Below, piece after piece: positions 1 through 14,118 of a DNA stretch of 64,000 bases. Position numbers and translations under genes: made by a program. The notes beneath the pieces were generated by a model. It was given only the letters and a program-made list of their open reading frames with translations, made no database searches and was not told where the DNA came from. Each line of letters opens with the position of its first letter. Position 1 is the first letter of the stretch. The stretch spans positions 4,092,001-4,156,000 of the forward strand of contig OX597829.1 in NCBI GenBank assembly GCA_951406725.2. The letters are read 5' to 3'. Origin of the DNA: Octopus vulgaris (lineage: Eukaryota).

Positions 1-84
1 GCAACATCCAAGGGTATATTGTTTCCCTCTGAAGGTATTATGCTTAGGGCATATGAATTTAATATTTAATTAATTCACTGAGTA

Positions 85-313
85 TTAACCCTCTAGCATT
101 CAAACCGGCCATATCTGGCCAAAATATTTAACCTGTTTTATATTGAAACTGACCAGCTCTCGCCTCTCACCTCAGCCCTACCATGTCATTCTAAAACTAA
201 AAAATCACATCACTGCAATCTCTAAATCTACAAGATAATGCATGATTAATTCAAAACAATATAAATAAACAAACATCACATTTGACAGAATAATCTGAAC
301 ATTAATGGGTTAA
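85..313. mobile_element. piggyBac-like MITE (TTAA-CCC...GGG-TTAA)
   Basis: TTAA at 85-88 and 310-313 flank CCC/GGG termini. Related copies at about 18580-19064, 36472-36696 (reverse), 42254-42435 and 45865-46226. Confidence 0.7.
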
Positions 314-587
314 TTGAAACAGCTGTAAGGGATGATGATTGATTCGTTGTTAATAATAAAAACAATTAGTAACTTCCCAATCTCCATTTTCTTTTTTCCT
401 CCTTATATATAGAGAGAAAGAGAGAGAGAGAGTTTTACAGAAGAAATCCTGATCAAATTCTAAGAGAATTATCTCTATAAACCACTCACTTAATCAAGAA
501 TATAACACACACTACTCAGTACTTCCCAAAGTATTGAATCCTTCAATTTGATATATGTAAGCCATATTATCTTTCTTTCTGTTGTAG

Positions 588-690
588 CTGCTGTCATGTT
601 TGCTTTCCCCGACCACATTACCATGAAGAAAGTGGTAAATGCTCTACCCAGGGTTGGTATTGGAATACGCTATGGTCTGAACCAGGCTAG
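588..690 (+). CDS. NBEA: Neurobeachin/LRBA-family exon (end of PH domain): AVMFAFPDHITMKKVVNALPRVGIGIRYGLNQAR
   Basis: Acceptor ttctgttgtag, donor AG|gtaaaa. The translation resembles the neurobeachin PH-BEACH linker (vertebrate VMFNFPDQATVKKVVYSLPRVGVG, recalled). Phase joins the next exon. Confidence 0.93.
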
Positions 691-853
691 GTAAAAATAC
701 CAGTTTTATATTTGTTCTTGTTCCTTGTTGATTTTTTTTTTGTTATGTTTTTTTCTTCAGTCTTTAAAATTATTTTGTGTATAATATTAGATTTTAATTT
801 CGTTTTGGATTTGGTTTGCAAGATTCTTTATGTGAGTTTGTGTGTTGAAGCAT

Positions 854-1123
854 ATTCTGTTGTGTCTGGGGAGAGTCATTCTCTTTTAGTGCTTTATAAT
901 GTAACACACTCAACGGTAAAATTTCCACTTATTTCTTTTTTATTTTTCTAAAATTCTTGTTGCATCTTGCAACCTTTTCAATAGTCAAAACCATTGGAAA
1001 GGTTGCAAGACACAACAAGAATTTTAGAAAAATAAAGAAGGAAATAAGCGGAAATTTTTACCAGTGAGTGTGTTAAAATATAAGGCCCCAAAAGAGAATG
1101 ACTCTCCCCTGACACAACAGAAT
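854..1123. repeat. Long inverted repeat (foldback), arms about 130 bp
   Basis: attctgttgtgtctggggagagtcattctctttt...ttgcaaccttttcaatag is mirrored by attggaaaggttgcaag...aaaagagaatgactctcccctgacacaacagaat. Confidence 0.9.
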
Positions 1124-3039
1124 TAAATTTTAAGATAACAGATAATGTAACTACTCTGACAATTCATCAAGCTAGTCATCTTATTTGGAATCTAAATTAA
1201 ATTAAAAATGAATATATCTTTGTAGACAACAAAATTTAATATTCATCCCGGTGTAATACATTTCACTTCATGTTAAGACAAATTTTTATCATTGGTGGAA
1301 GACAGATGTCTATCAGAAGAATGTATTACTTATTCCCATTTTTGCATGTATGTCACTACTTTGACTTAAAAGTCATTGTCACCCCTCTTCTAGTAAAAGG
1401 ATAATTATTATGTATGTGCTATGTGAAAAATATTGAATAATTCTTCAGTTTAATGTTAAATTGTTTTTATAATATAACTTAAGAAACATTAATGTGTGTA
1501 TGTAAGTGTAGATATAGATGAAATTGAAATAATGTCTTAAAATTTGCATGAAAGGAAAAATATGAGTAAATGTATTAGTTTAATGCTGAGAGAAATAGAA
1601 AAACTCTGAATGCTTTTTCATCAGAAAACCTTCATCAGAAAGGCAGATTAAGAGAAACAGACAGTAAAAATAAAAGAAAATTGTAGAGACTTAAGTGGCT
1701 GCTTGTGCGTCTCACATTAGTGTCATTTTAGGTGGGGGGACACATGCACACACACACACACACACACGAGGTGTGTGTATATGCATGTATACATGCACTG
1801 GTATGCAGAAATTTTAGGCATATGCTATTTTGCTATTTTTAACTTATTTTAAGTACATATTGTAACGACCATGTTAGAAAAACACTTACCCAAGGTATTG
1901 TACAGTGGGATTGAACTTGGAACCACATGGCTTGTGATGTGTTTAATAACTTGATCATATTTGTTTCTTTAAACAGTTTTGATAATAATTGTATACTAAA
2001 CTCAATTTAAAGAAATAAAATAATTTTAGGAGGAAACAATTGTACCAAAAAAGTAGGCTTTTCTCTCGTTTAAAGCTCTTTATCTGTAAAATTAATAATA
2101 ACAAAAAGTTATTTGTAATTAAATCACTCATATTTTTCTGATATTTGTTTAATTTTTGCGACATTTAGATGTTCTATCTTTCTAGCTCATAAAACACAAA
2201 TTTGTTGTTTGCCTACATAAAGAAGCGTTTTTTTTTGTTTTGCTTCTTAAAGTGTTAATCTGTTTGATTAATAAAGAGTCTTTGCTCATTTTCTATGAAT
2301 CCCAGATCACATATTAAATATGGAGGGGAGAAAAAGGAGAAACAACTTCTTAGCTTTTAATTTCCCATGAAAAGAAAGTTTCCAGACATTTCCAACGTCT
2401 TTTTCATTATGTTTACAGCGTTCTCTCAATTTACGATGCATATCTGGGAAATTGCCTCCACTTGTGTTTAAGCTGAAACATAACATCACCGGATTACATT
2501 TCAACCAGATATAGTTTTACATTCTGGGGTGGGGGAACGGGGAGAGAGAGAAAAGCAAAAAAAAATAGAAAGAAAAAAAAAAAAAAGCACATTGCCAGTT
2601 TTCTTTCTGCCCTTTTCTTGTTTTATTATTTTCTTTCTGAAATGAAAATTCTTACATAATTTGTATTAATTACTAAAAACAAAAGGTATCAGGGTGCATT
2701 TAATTATTCAGCATTTTCTAGCAGTGAGCATGAGTGTTTTTTTGTTTTTCTTTCGTCTTGTATCGGTTTTCGTGCGGTCTTAAATATGAGAAGTAGCAGT
2801 TAGTTACCTGATAAGTTTCTTTTGTAAAACTGTTTCTAAACTTAGAGAGAAAAAAAAAAAAAAAAGCAGATTAATTCCTACTCAAAGCCTCCTTCTTCTT
2901 TGTTTTGTTATTTGCTTTTTTTTTTGTAATTTTAAATTTCTTTTCAGTTTTGTGATTGTAAATCTACCCATTTTTCACTCTTTTTAATTTTTACTTTATT
3001 ATTTTCAAAATAACAAAATCTGTTGTAAAAATAGCTTTC

Positions 3040-3256
3040 CCATCATCCTCATCATCATCATCGTCGTCATCATCATTGTCGTCGTCATCATCGTCGTTGT
3101 CATCATCGTAATCTTGCCATCGTCATCATCATCATTATTGTCATCATCATCATCATCATCATCGTTGTCGTCATCGTCATCATTATCGTCATCGTCATCA
3201 TCATCATCATCACTATTGGCATCATCATCATCGTCGTCATCGTCATCATCGTTGTC

Positions 3257-3293
<37 letters not shown>

Positions 3294-3341
3294 GTAGTAG
3301 TAGTATTGTTGTTATTATTATTATTATTATTGTTATCATTA
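3040..3341. repeat. Compound trinucleotide microsatellite (ATC/GTC)n-(AGT)n-(ATT)n
   Basis: Directly visible. Explains the low-complexity ORFs at 3103-3455. Confidence 0.95.
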
Positions 3342-3524
3342 TTAGTTTATGTGACAGTACAAATTGGTAGAGTTTCATTTCTTTCTCTTTTTTTGATTAT
3401 TTCTATTTTTAGGGAAGTAAGGGGTTTTTTTTTTAGTTTGTCTCTGCCATATTGATAGTAAGACTCCCCCTATCATCCTGTTGTTGTTGTTCTTCTTCTT
3501 CTATTGGACCAATCTATGCATTAA

Positions 3525-3797
<273 letters not shown>

Positions 3798-4465
3798 TAA
3801 TTTTATTTGTTTTTGCTTAATAAAGGAAGAATTTTCATTCAAATTCTATCTATATTTCTGTATACAACTTGCTATTTTAATGATTTTTATCCACCCCGCT
3901 CCACTGCTTAATTTGGTAAGATATATTTTCTTCATAATTTGTCAGAATTTTTTTTTTTAATTCTGAGATAGGATTTATAGAATTTACATTGTAAGGATTA
4001 GCAAAGACCTTGACCTTCATTGCACAAGGGTGCTGCTAATAATAGCAGTAAATAAAATGATAATCCTTTTAGTTTTTTCTTTTTTTTTTTTGTGAAATTG
4101 TTGAGTCAGGTGTATATTTGCTTTCTGAGTATCCTCTTATGCTGCTGGTCACCCCACTACTAAAAGTTAAAAAGCAAATACATACAAGATAAATGGAATC
4201 TAAAGAAACAAAATCTACAAAATGCCGTCAAATGTTTATCACAGTTGTTTGTGAAATTGAAAATCTCTGAACTTCAGTATTTTACAACCATTTATCCTGA
4301 GTATTAGAATGGTGGAAGATGGGGGTTATATTGTGTCCCCTAATTGTCATAAAAGGTGTGACTAAAGGACTATCAGGAATGGCACCCTGTTATAAAACAC
4401 TGCCTCAGAAAGTCTTGTCTCATTCTTGCTGGCTCAGAAATGGGTGTAAAAATAACAATGGTGAT

Positions 4466-4539
<74 letters not shown>

Positions 4540-5649
4540 GTTTAATGAAGAGGACAGACTGATCATTGTCTTATCTGATGATAGTGTGATTGGTATGACT
4601 AATATGTTGTTTGAACATCTATAAGTCAAATATATGGATGGGCAGGAAATTCTAAAAATGTTGATATTTTGGAGAAAGCTTGGGCAAAAGTGATTAGAGC
4701 AGGGTTATAAAGGGTTAAATTTTTTGTTATTGTTTCATCCCAGGTCAGCTCTGATCAAGCAAACCCATGGTCAGAAATATTGCAGACATACCATTCTCCC
4801 AATGTGCCCCATTTGGAAGACAAGTGTTGAGTGATTTGAGGCAGACATGCTGGCTGCTGTTTTTAGCATGTTGAGCAGTGGCGGCTTGTGTATAGGCATT
4901 GTGGAACTGCAGTCCCTTCTTTTCCACTCAGTATTATTGAAAACATTCAATATAATGAGTCCTTTTTTCCTTTAATTCTTTCTTTATACTTGTACATTAC
5001 ATAATCCTTAAGCTTAACATCAATAGCCATCCCCTAGTTTATGAAAAAAATACAAAAAATCCTTGTATAGAACTGTGCACTTCACAGTTCCAGTGATGCA
5101 GTGTTTGGCTATTGTGTGCATGTTCACATGTCCAAGATAGGGAGCTGCATGCTAGGGAGAGAGAGCACAGCGGTTCATGCAGTGCTAACCCTGGTGTGCT
5201 GGTGAAAGGTAGTGTTTCTTTTTGACTCCATGTGTGTTGTGCTTAAAAACATGTTTATATTCTTGAATGTGATAAAGTGTAGAATTAGATTATTATCCTT
5301 CTTCCAGCTTCAGTGTCGCTGCCAGGATTTGAAAAATAAGGCAGATTTTTCCATCCTTATTTCATGATTTAGTGGGTGCTTTTGAATAACACTGGTGAGT
5401 TCACGGTTGTGTTCAGTGAACAAATTAAACACTCCACCTGGCAGTGGCTGAGAACCGATCAAGTCTTTGTATAAATTTTCTTTTTATATATTTGTTTCCT
5501 TTTAAAACAATGGCTAAAAATTTTCTGAAGCAGTACCTGCCACTAATTTTATCTACATAATTGTGACCCTAGTGTCGATCTGTTGCATTTCTAAGGTTGA
5601 GTGACCATATAGAGGCTATTTTATTGGCTGGGACATGATTAGATGGAGG

Positions 5650-5915
5650 TCGTTGCCAGTGCTGCTGGACTGGCTCCTGTGCAGGTGGCACGTAAAAAGC
5701 ACCATTTGAACGTGGCCATTGCCAGTACCGCCTGACTGGCCCCCTGTGTCGGTGGCACATAAAAGCACCCACTACACTCTCGGAGTGGTTGGTGTTAGGA
5801 AGGGCGTCCAGCTGTAGAAACTCTGCCAGATCAGACTGGAGTCTGGTTCGCCACACCTCAGTCAAATTGTCCAACCCATGCTAGCAAGGAAAGCGGACAT
5901 TAAATGATGATGATA
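5650..5915 (+). mobile_element. RTE LINE 3'-tail repeat (family C) with (GAT)n tail
   Basis: Matches the 3' UTR of the RTE remnant at 15530-15880. Other copies at about 6520-6748, 29315-29688, 32989-33240, 41452-41677, 45120-45465 and 45961-46204 (reverse). Confidence 0.85.
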
Positions 5916-7595
5916 GTAGGTGTGATGAGAGAAAAGCAGTTTGGGTGAAGCTGGAATGTGGGTGTCTGGTTCAGAAGAGCAGAGATGGTTGTAGATGTGA
6001 TGAAATAGAGTAAGGAGACAGTGCATCAGTGTCATGTGAATTGATGTGCAAATGTCTGTCACTCTTTGATGTAGGTTAAGATGTTTATCTGTGTAACAGT
6101 TGTATCATTCATGATGCTGAACTAGTATGCTGTCATGTTTCCTACATGAGATTTATAGAGTCAGTAGCTTCTTGGAAATATATTTGTATTTTTGTTTTAC
6201 CATTCAAATTCCTATGAAAGGTCAGAAATTGTGTAGCTTGGCATTTAAAGTGACTGTAAAGTGTTTAACTGTTTGTTGTTCCAGGCTACAGAAGATAAGG
6301 TTTAAGATTACTTCTTCAACATATTCAGTGAATATGTTTTTGTGCTTAGATGCATAAACACACACATGCACACTTACGCTAACACTTGACTGTAATTTTG
6401 TTTTTGTTTTGCAAGTTGGTGTAACATGTGACAATAATTGCTGTAGTGTGTCTGTTTCCACAAAATTATCAGAATTATCTTCACTTAATTGTTTCATTTG
6501 ATGTCACCTTACTGACACCTGTAAGATTTGAGCGAGGTCGTTGCCAGTACTGCCTGACTGGCCCCCATGCCGGTGGCACGTAAAAAGCACCCACTACACT
6601 CTCGGAGTGGTTGGCATTAGGAAGGGCATCCAGCTGTAGAAACTCTGCCAAATCAAGACTGGAGCCTGGTGCAACCATCTGGTTCGGCAGCCCTCAGTCA
6701 AAATCGTCCAACCCATGCTAGCATGGAAAGTGGACGTTAAATGATGATTGTCTTTCACAAATGTTTAAGTCAAAGAGAAAAAGAGTTAAATTTTTTAAAC
6801 CAAATCTTAAAGTGTTTATATCTGTGTCTTGAAGGTTGGTAGAAATACATTTAGCTAAAAAAGTTAATGGATTTTTTTTTGTTCTTGAAAAGAAGGAGGG
6901 GTTACAACATTTTTGGCTTGCTTTATAAGGAAGACAGGATAAAGTTCTTTGTGGACAATTCTCAGGATAGCACAGTAGTGTAGTGACTAAGAACATGAAT
7001 AACTCAAGAAGAGAATGGCATAGGAAAGAAAACTTACAGCAACAACCATACCAACAGTGGAGTCTCAGTGCAATCATTCAACCTGCTAGAACAAACAGCT
7101 AAAACCTACATCAGATCACACATCCTACTGACTTAAAAATGGACACATCATATAACATACTTCTAGATACACCATGTCTGAAAAATGTATGATGAGATTC
7201 TCATAGCTGGGACAACTTTGATCATAAGTCTGTTGGATCACATTTGAGCTGGGGCTAGACTATAACAAAACAATAAAAAAGGATAGACTGGTTATAGTTG
7301 GGACATATTCGATCATAGGCCTCATGGGTGATGACTGACCTAGAAATAAACAACAATCATCCAGATTCCACCACAAACTTGGCAAAACTGTTAAGTTCCA
7401 CTATTGGAGATTTTCTGTGATTGATGGAAAATTAAGATTATTCATTGTGGGGTAAAGCATTGTATCAATTTGTGTTGTTTTCTTTCTAAAACTAGGGTTC
7501 AACCTATTGTAGAACCACAATGATACAGTGAGGTGTGTTATTAAACTAAAACTGAAAGATGTTGACTTCACATCCATTGTACTGATTATATTTTG

Positions 7596-7818
7596 TGGCA
7601 AAAACGTTAGCACGCCGGGCGAAATGCTTAGCAGTATTTCGTCTGCTGCTACATTCTGAGTTCAAATTCCACCGAGGTCGACTTTGCCTTTCATCCTTTC
7701 AGGGTCGATTAAATAAGTACCAGTTAAGCACTGGGGTCGATATAATTGACTTAATCTATTTGTCTGTCCTTGTTTGTCCTCTCTGTGTTTAACCCCTTGT
7801 GGGGAGTAAAGAAATTTA
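7596..7818 (+). mobile_element. tRNA-derived SINE family B (Nin/Deu-like central domain)
   Basis: B-box-like gagttcaaattcc followed by gcctttcatcctttc.gggtcgat.aaataagtaccag, which resembles the Deu/Nin SINE domain. Many copies in the window. Confidence 0.75.
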
Positions 7819-8038
7819 TATTTTGTATTTAAAAGAGTGGTGTACCTAATAATTCTACCTTGCATTTGTTGGTTTACCTGTCATCAGTAAGTTTTGATTT
7901 TATCTCAGAAAGATGCTTTCATCTTTCCAGTTTGTGTAGATACAGGAGGAGGTTTCATCACCACCAACCTTCTCTGCCATTTGTGGCCTTATATTAATGG
8001 AAGGTGCCATTATCAAATATTTTTCTTTATATATATAA

Positions 8039-8221
<183 letters not shown>

Positions 8222-8604
8222 TAAAGATGGTATTTAACCATCAGTGATACATTTTCAGGTCTGGAAGAGTGTGTGTGTGTGTGTGAATATAGTCTGGCTA
8301 AATATCTCAGAGACAGCAGAGAGATGTTCCAGCTGGATCTGGTTGGAGAGGAACAAAAACAACCTCCCATAGCGTTTGAAAGCAATATTCTGGTGTTTTA
8401 ACGCTAAGGGAAGTAACTCTGAGTGAGTCATGGTGATAGCAGTGACATTCCACTGGTTACCATGACATCCAACATTATTTCTTCTTTAAGTTTGAAAACT
8501 GAGTCAATGGAGTTACAACTAGATGAAATCTCCAGGTGGTTTAAATGCACAAGTCTCCAATATCCAACTGGCTAAATAGTGTCAACAAAAGGGCACCCAT
8601 GAGT

Positions 8605-8691
8605 CATGGCCTGGTTATGGCATGGCCTCGTCAAGACATGGCCTGGTCATGGCATGGCCTGGTCATGGCATGGCTTGGTCATGGCATGGCC
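8605..8691. repeat. 16-bp tandem repeat (CATGGCCTGGTCATGG) x about 5.4
   Basis: Units start at 8605, 8621, 8637, 8653, 8669 and 8685 (partial). Confidence 0.9.
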
Positions 8692-9259
8692 CCCTTTGAA
8701 TGCAAGAAGTTAAGGGTGAAAACACTTACCTGAGGAAGGTTTCTTCTCTGAAGACCCGCTGTTCTGTTCTCTTGAGATTTTTTACCATTGTATATAAATA
8801 TATGTGTATGTATGTGTGTGTATGTGTATGCTTACTAATTTGTAATGTTTAGTTACAGCCTCAGTTTAATGCTGCCACCACCAGCTATGCTAATTTTTGC
8901 CTTCCATGAAACTTAACCGTACAGAACACATAAAATCTTTCCAGTGATTCAGTTGAACCAAATTCTTTTAAGCCCTTTTATTACCATATCTCTGTTTGAA
9001 TACACTGTTTTTGTTTCAATTAAATTTGAAAATATTGAAGAATCTTAGCAAAATAATTTTGCCATTATTAAGCTGGTGTTTGGAACAGAAATTAACATAC
9101 AGAATTCTGATGGAAGGTTTCAACCTAGATAATTTAAAACAAGGAATTTACATTGTAGAACCAGGGTTGGTTTCAGGCAGGTTTGTTTCAAAAGGTTTAA
9201 GAGGATTTCTTCTGTTTCACTAAATCTATTTCTTCAACAAGTCACTTTCTTCTTTACAG

Positions 9260-9400
9260 CCTATTGGAGCACTAAATCCAGCAAGAAAGAAATTCTTTGA
9301 TGAACGTTATGCTACATGGGAGCATGAACAAATCCCACCATTCCATTATGGAACTCACTATTCAACTGCCGCCTTTACTCTCAATTGGCTTATAAGATTG
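9260..9400 (+). CDS. NBEA: Neurobeachin BEACH exon: [47 protein letters not shown]
   Basis: Acceptor ctttacag, donor TTG|gtaagt. PIGALNP and HYGTHYS motifs. 141 nt, phase 0. Confidence 0.98.
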
Positions 9401-9534
9401 GTAAGTTTCACCACCCTCCTTTTTTGTATGGCTTTTATTTTGTCTTTTTTCTCTTTTAGAGTTTCATCACAGTCGGACAGAGGTGGGATGGAGGAAAATT
9501 ATAAAAAAAGTTGAATTGGTATTATTCAAAGTAG

Positions 9535-9565
<31 letters not shown>

Positions 9566-10454
9566 TTAGCATCTGCTGTCCATTCTGGAATGGATTAGAT
9601 GGTTTGACTAAGGCTGGTAAGCTGGAGAGCTGCTGCAAGTTCCAATCTGATTTGGCATGGTTTCTACAGCTGGATGCTCTTCTTAACATCAACCCCTCCA
9701 AGAATGTAATGGATGCTTTTTATGTGCTGCCAGCATGGGTGCCAGTTATGTGACACCGGCATGGGTGCCACAACTATGATTTTACTTGGCTTGAGGGATT
9801 TTCTCAAGCATGGCATATTGCCACTTATAATGCTTCCACGAGGCCCAATGTTTGAAGGTCGATTTTTATGTGCAACTAGCACAAGTGTCAGTTACATGAC
9901 ACAACTATGATTTCACTTGGCTTGGCAGGTCTTTTCAAACATGGCATATTGCCAAAGGTCTCAGAAATTTTTGAATAAATATAATTTTATAATCTCATTC
10001 TTTTACTGGTTTCAGTCGTTAAACTGTGGCCATACTGGACCACTTCCTTTTAAGTCTTTTTCATTCATTTATATCAATCTCATTAATTTTTGTGGTACTT
10101 ATGTTATTGGTCTCATAAGAGACGAAAGGCAGTTCTTGGTATAAAGAGAAACGATTTCAATGGAACCAAATACTCAGTGTATATTTTTCATTCTTTTCAA
10201 TTCTTTGATTTATTGGTTGTCTCCTTGCTGACAAATATACACACATGAAGCACACTGCTGTGGAGCTTGGCACAGACCTCTGGCTTGCCAGTTCCTATTG
10301 AACTGTTCAGCCTATGCCAGCATGGAAAACAAGCATTAAATGCTGATGATTATGATGATAATGTATAGATGTGTTTGTAAAGATAGACAGGGAGCCAAAA
10401 ACAAATAGTTTGCTTCTTTTTTTTCATTTTTGTTAATTTATTTTTATTTTGCAG

Positions 10455-10574
10455 GAACCATTCACTACTTTATTTTTGAATATGCAAGGTGGAAAATTTG
10501 ACCATGCAAACAGGACATTTTTTTCTATCAGTCAAGCTTGGAAAAACTGCCAGAGAGATACTTCTGATGTGAAG
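10455..10574 (+). CDS. NBEA: Neurobeachin BEACH exon: [40 protein letters not shown]
   Basis: Acceptor ttttgcag, donor AAG|gtaaac. EPFTT, GGKFDH and DTSDVK motifs. 120 nt. Confidence 0.98.
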
Positions 10575-10866
10575 GTAAACTTTTATAGTTATTGCATGCT
10601 GTTTACATGGCTTTCTTGATAATATTTAATAATTGATGATTTTGATAAACATTTAAGAATTGAATCAACGAGAAAGCTAATTTGCTAGAAATAATGACTA
10701 AATTTGTCTCAGATAAAACACAATCATCTTAAACAATGATAGATTAAATAAAGCAATTCTACATACACTATTTCTGATTACAAGATGGAGTGGACATTTT
10801 TTGCAAAGTATCTTCTCTTTGGTAGAAGGAAGCTGGAATATTTCAGGAAGCTTTTACTAATTAGAG

Positions 10867-11115
10867 CAATGGTTCTCAACCATTTTTTACCTATGGACAC
10901 TTTTGCTCCCCACTTTATTTGAGAAGTGGCAGTGGTGGTGACTCTTCTGGTCATTCAATCTCTGAAAGCACCTATTGCATTTTTATGATTAAATACTAGG
11001 TATTGTATAAAAAAAAAATTGTTAAAATATTTTGTGTATTGTAGAAGTATAATCTATTTATTGTAAATATGTTTTAACAGTGAAATCTTATATGGACCCC
11101 TGTTGAGAACCACTG
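10867..11115. mobile_element. hAT-like MITE
   Basis: TIRs caatggttctcaac / gttgagaaccactg. Perfect 8-bp TSD AATTAGAG (10859-10866, 11116-11123). A related copy in opposite orientation at 44940-45562 is interrupted by a family C tail. Confidence 0.88.
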
Positions 11116-14100
11116 AATTAGAGGAACTTAAGTTTATAAATCACTGAAATTCTTCTAGACATTGAAGCCAGATCTTCCTCCAACCACATTTACTGCATTA
11201 AATAATAAAGGTTAAATTGGATAATGATAAATACAGGATGGCCATAACTGGAGCGCTTTTAATGATATGTACAAATTACATATAGGTGTGCTTATGATTG
11301 AGAGTCACATCACTCGGTGTCAGACAATCATAATACAGTGGTTGTCATGGCAGCAGAATTTGAGCTGCTGGCCCTTTGGTCACTTGCTTATTACTGGTTC
11401 CACTCTCTCTCTCAGCTGAGAGGTCTGTCTTGCAAGCAACTTGGCAACCCCAGTGGTGCTGGTGCCACATAAAAGGCACCCGGTTGATGTTGACCAGATA
11501 GCCCATTCTGATAGATATAGGAGACAATCTAAAAGTCCAAGGAATTTGATAATGGTCAGATTTGTCAAATTAATATTTAACGATAATCAATATGTATGAA
11601 AAACACAATTGATAAAACTTATAAAATAATTTTATGTTGTGAACTCTGATTTTTCGGAGTTTTTTTTTCTCAAAAAAGGGAGTATTTTAGAGTCCTTCCG
11701 AATATGCTTTTTTTTATTTCTTCAATGAAGGATTTTGCATGGAACATCAGCACTCACTTCTTGGCAAACAAACTTATTTTTAAAATAGTGAAAGACAAAT
11801 GTTCACTAATAAAGAATAAATAAAATACATGAAAAAAAAAGAAAATCTTCATCTTTAGATATTTGTTGTAGACGTTCTCCAAGTACACATCTGTCACACG
11901 CAACACATATCAATATCCAAGATAGCTAGGTGACTAAGACATTTTAGTAGTTACTAAGACAGTGTCACCCAACTGCCAATGGTCATGCATGTTAACAACT
12001 TAGTCTGTACTACAAGATTTAAAGTTCACAGATATCATCTGGAATATAAGAAAATCTACTCCATTTTGGAAGGATGCTAATATTGGTTTCAAATTTTAGC
12101 ACAAGGCCAGGAGTGGGTAAATCAATTACATTCAACCCCAGTGCTCAGCTGGTACTTATTTTATTGATCCCAAAAAGGATGAGAGGAAAAGTGGTCCTCA
12201 ACAGAATCTGAACTCAGACCATAAAGATGGATGAAATGCTTCTAAGGATTTTGCTCAGTGTGTGCTAATGATTCTACTGGTTCAATGCATTTATAGAGTA
12301 TTTTAGGGTCCTTCCAAATATGCCTTTTTTTCCTTGGTTGTAGGGTGTTGAGCAGGCAGAATCATTAACACACCAGGCAAAATGCTTAGCAGCATTTCAT
12401 CCATTTTTATGTTCTAAGTTCAAATGCCACCGGGGTTGACTTTATCTTTCATCCTTTCGGGGTCAATAAAATAAGTACCAGTTGAATACGGGGGGGGGGG
12501 GGGATGTAATCAACTTATTGCCTTCCCCAAAATTGCTGGCCTTGTGCCAAAGTTTGAAACCAATATTAAACGGTTGTTCTGCATACATTAGTTTACATAT
12601 TCCATGCCTAGCTACAGAAAGAACCCTAAAAAAAAAAGAAAAACATTGAATAAATAATGTTATGTAATTTGTGTTCAGCCTTGATAAAGTAGACCTATGT
12701 TGTCTATTGTGGTTTTGCTTTAAGATGATAGATCTGGCTGGAGGGTGATTTGGCTGCTATCTCTAAAAGGTTGACCACATAACAATTCCTACTTTGGCAC
12801 TGGTCTAAAGAGACTCTGTGAAAGAACCATGGTCATTGCCCTAATTCCTCCCACTAATAAAAATAAAAGTTGAAATGTATTTATTAGCAAATTATGATAT
12901 TTAATCAGTTCATTCATTAAGTTTTCCTAATTATTTATTTGGCACTTATTTTCAACCATCCTCTTCTGTGTATGCATGTATATGAATGTATGAATACATA
13001 TACATGCTCGCTATATGCGTGTGTGTATGTATGTGTGCATATATGTGGTGTGCCTGTATGTGGTGCATACATGCATATAAATCTGTGTATACATATATAT
13101 ATATCTATATGAGCTTGGCTGTTGTGTGTGTGTGTGTATGTGTGATTGTATTTCAAATCCCACCACACTGTAAAAGAAATTGACATCTCCATAATTATCG
13201 TTAGCTGTGACACAATATGTAACAAATCATTTCTTTTTTTCTTTTTATTTCATGCTATGGGTCTTTCTCTAATGATGGTAATGAGTGGAAATATATTTTT
13301 TCAGGTTCAGACATTTAATTAATTTATTTTTCTTCAAATTTCACCCCTCAGTGAATTGGGTTTTCTGTCACCCCCACCCCTCTTCTTCTCACCTCCTCCA
13401 TGGCTGGGGCGGGGCGATTTAGGTTCCTCAACAGAGGGGAAAGTAGTAAATAAATGTTTTAACACCACTTAATTTATAAGTTTGTATCACACCAGGGTAT
13501 CACGTTTTATAGAGTTTTTCACTGGAAATATAAAACTTGTGCAACTTTTTTTTTCCCCTGTTTTTCAAGTTGTTGAGTTGAATTAATCTCCACAGATATT
13601 ACTGGGTGTCGTTTCTTGTTATCAATGGTCTGGGTGAATTGGTTCAGTGTATGTCAACAGTCACTGGTACCGCTCACAAGGTGAAACCAGTTACCAAGGA
13701 AGCCTGCTGCAAATGATTATTTGTCTTGGCAGAGATTGCAGAACAAATCTCTCAAATCTCACCTTATAAAACAGAAATGAGAAGGCCACATTTGATTCAT
13801 CTAAGTCATAGATGTGACTAGAAAGGAGTGAAGGTTATGGCTGGACCAACAACATCTCTTTGTTGATCTTGTTGTTTGATTGTATCTAACCTGGTGCTGT
13901 GTTTAGGTTAACCATGATCCAACAGCATCAAGGCCAATGAAGGAACTTATATGTTGTCACCCAACCTGCTGGAAATAGAAAGTCAATCCTCCCTCGAATC
14001 ACATCCAAATGCCATAGAAACAAGGCAAAATATTGGATAGTTTAGTCTAGAAGGAAAGAGTAGTCCCAGTTGGAATGTCCGTTCTCATTTATCATTTATC

Positions 14101-14118
14101 GTAAATTGGCAGACCACC

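Noticed and set aside
3103-3455. Poly-Met / poly-Ser ORFs
   Set aside because: Translations of a trinucleotide microsatellite.
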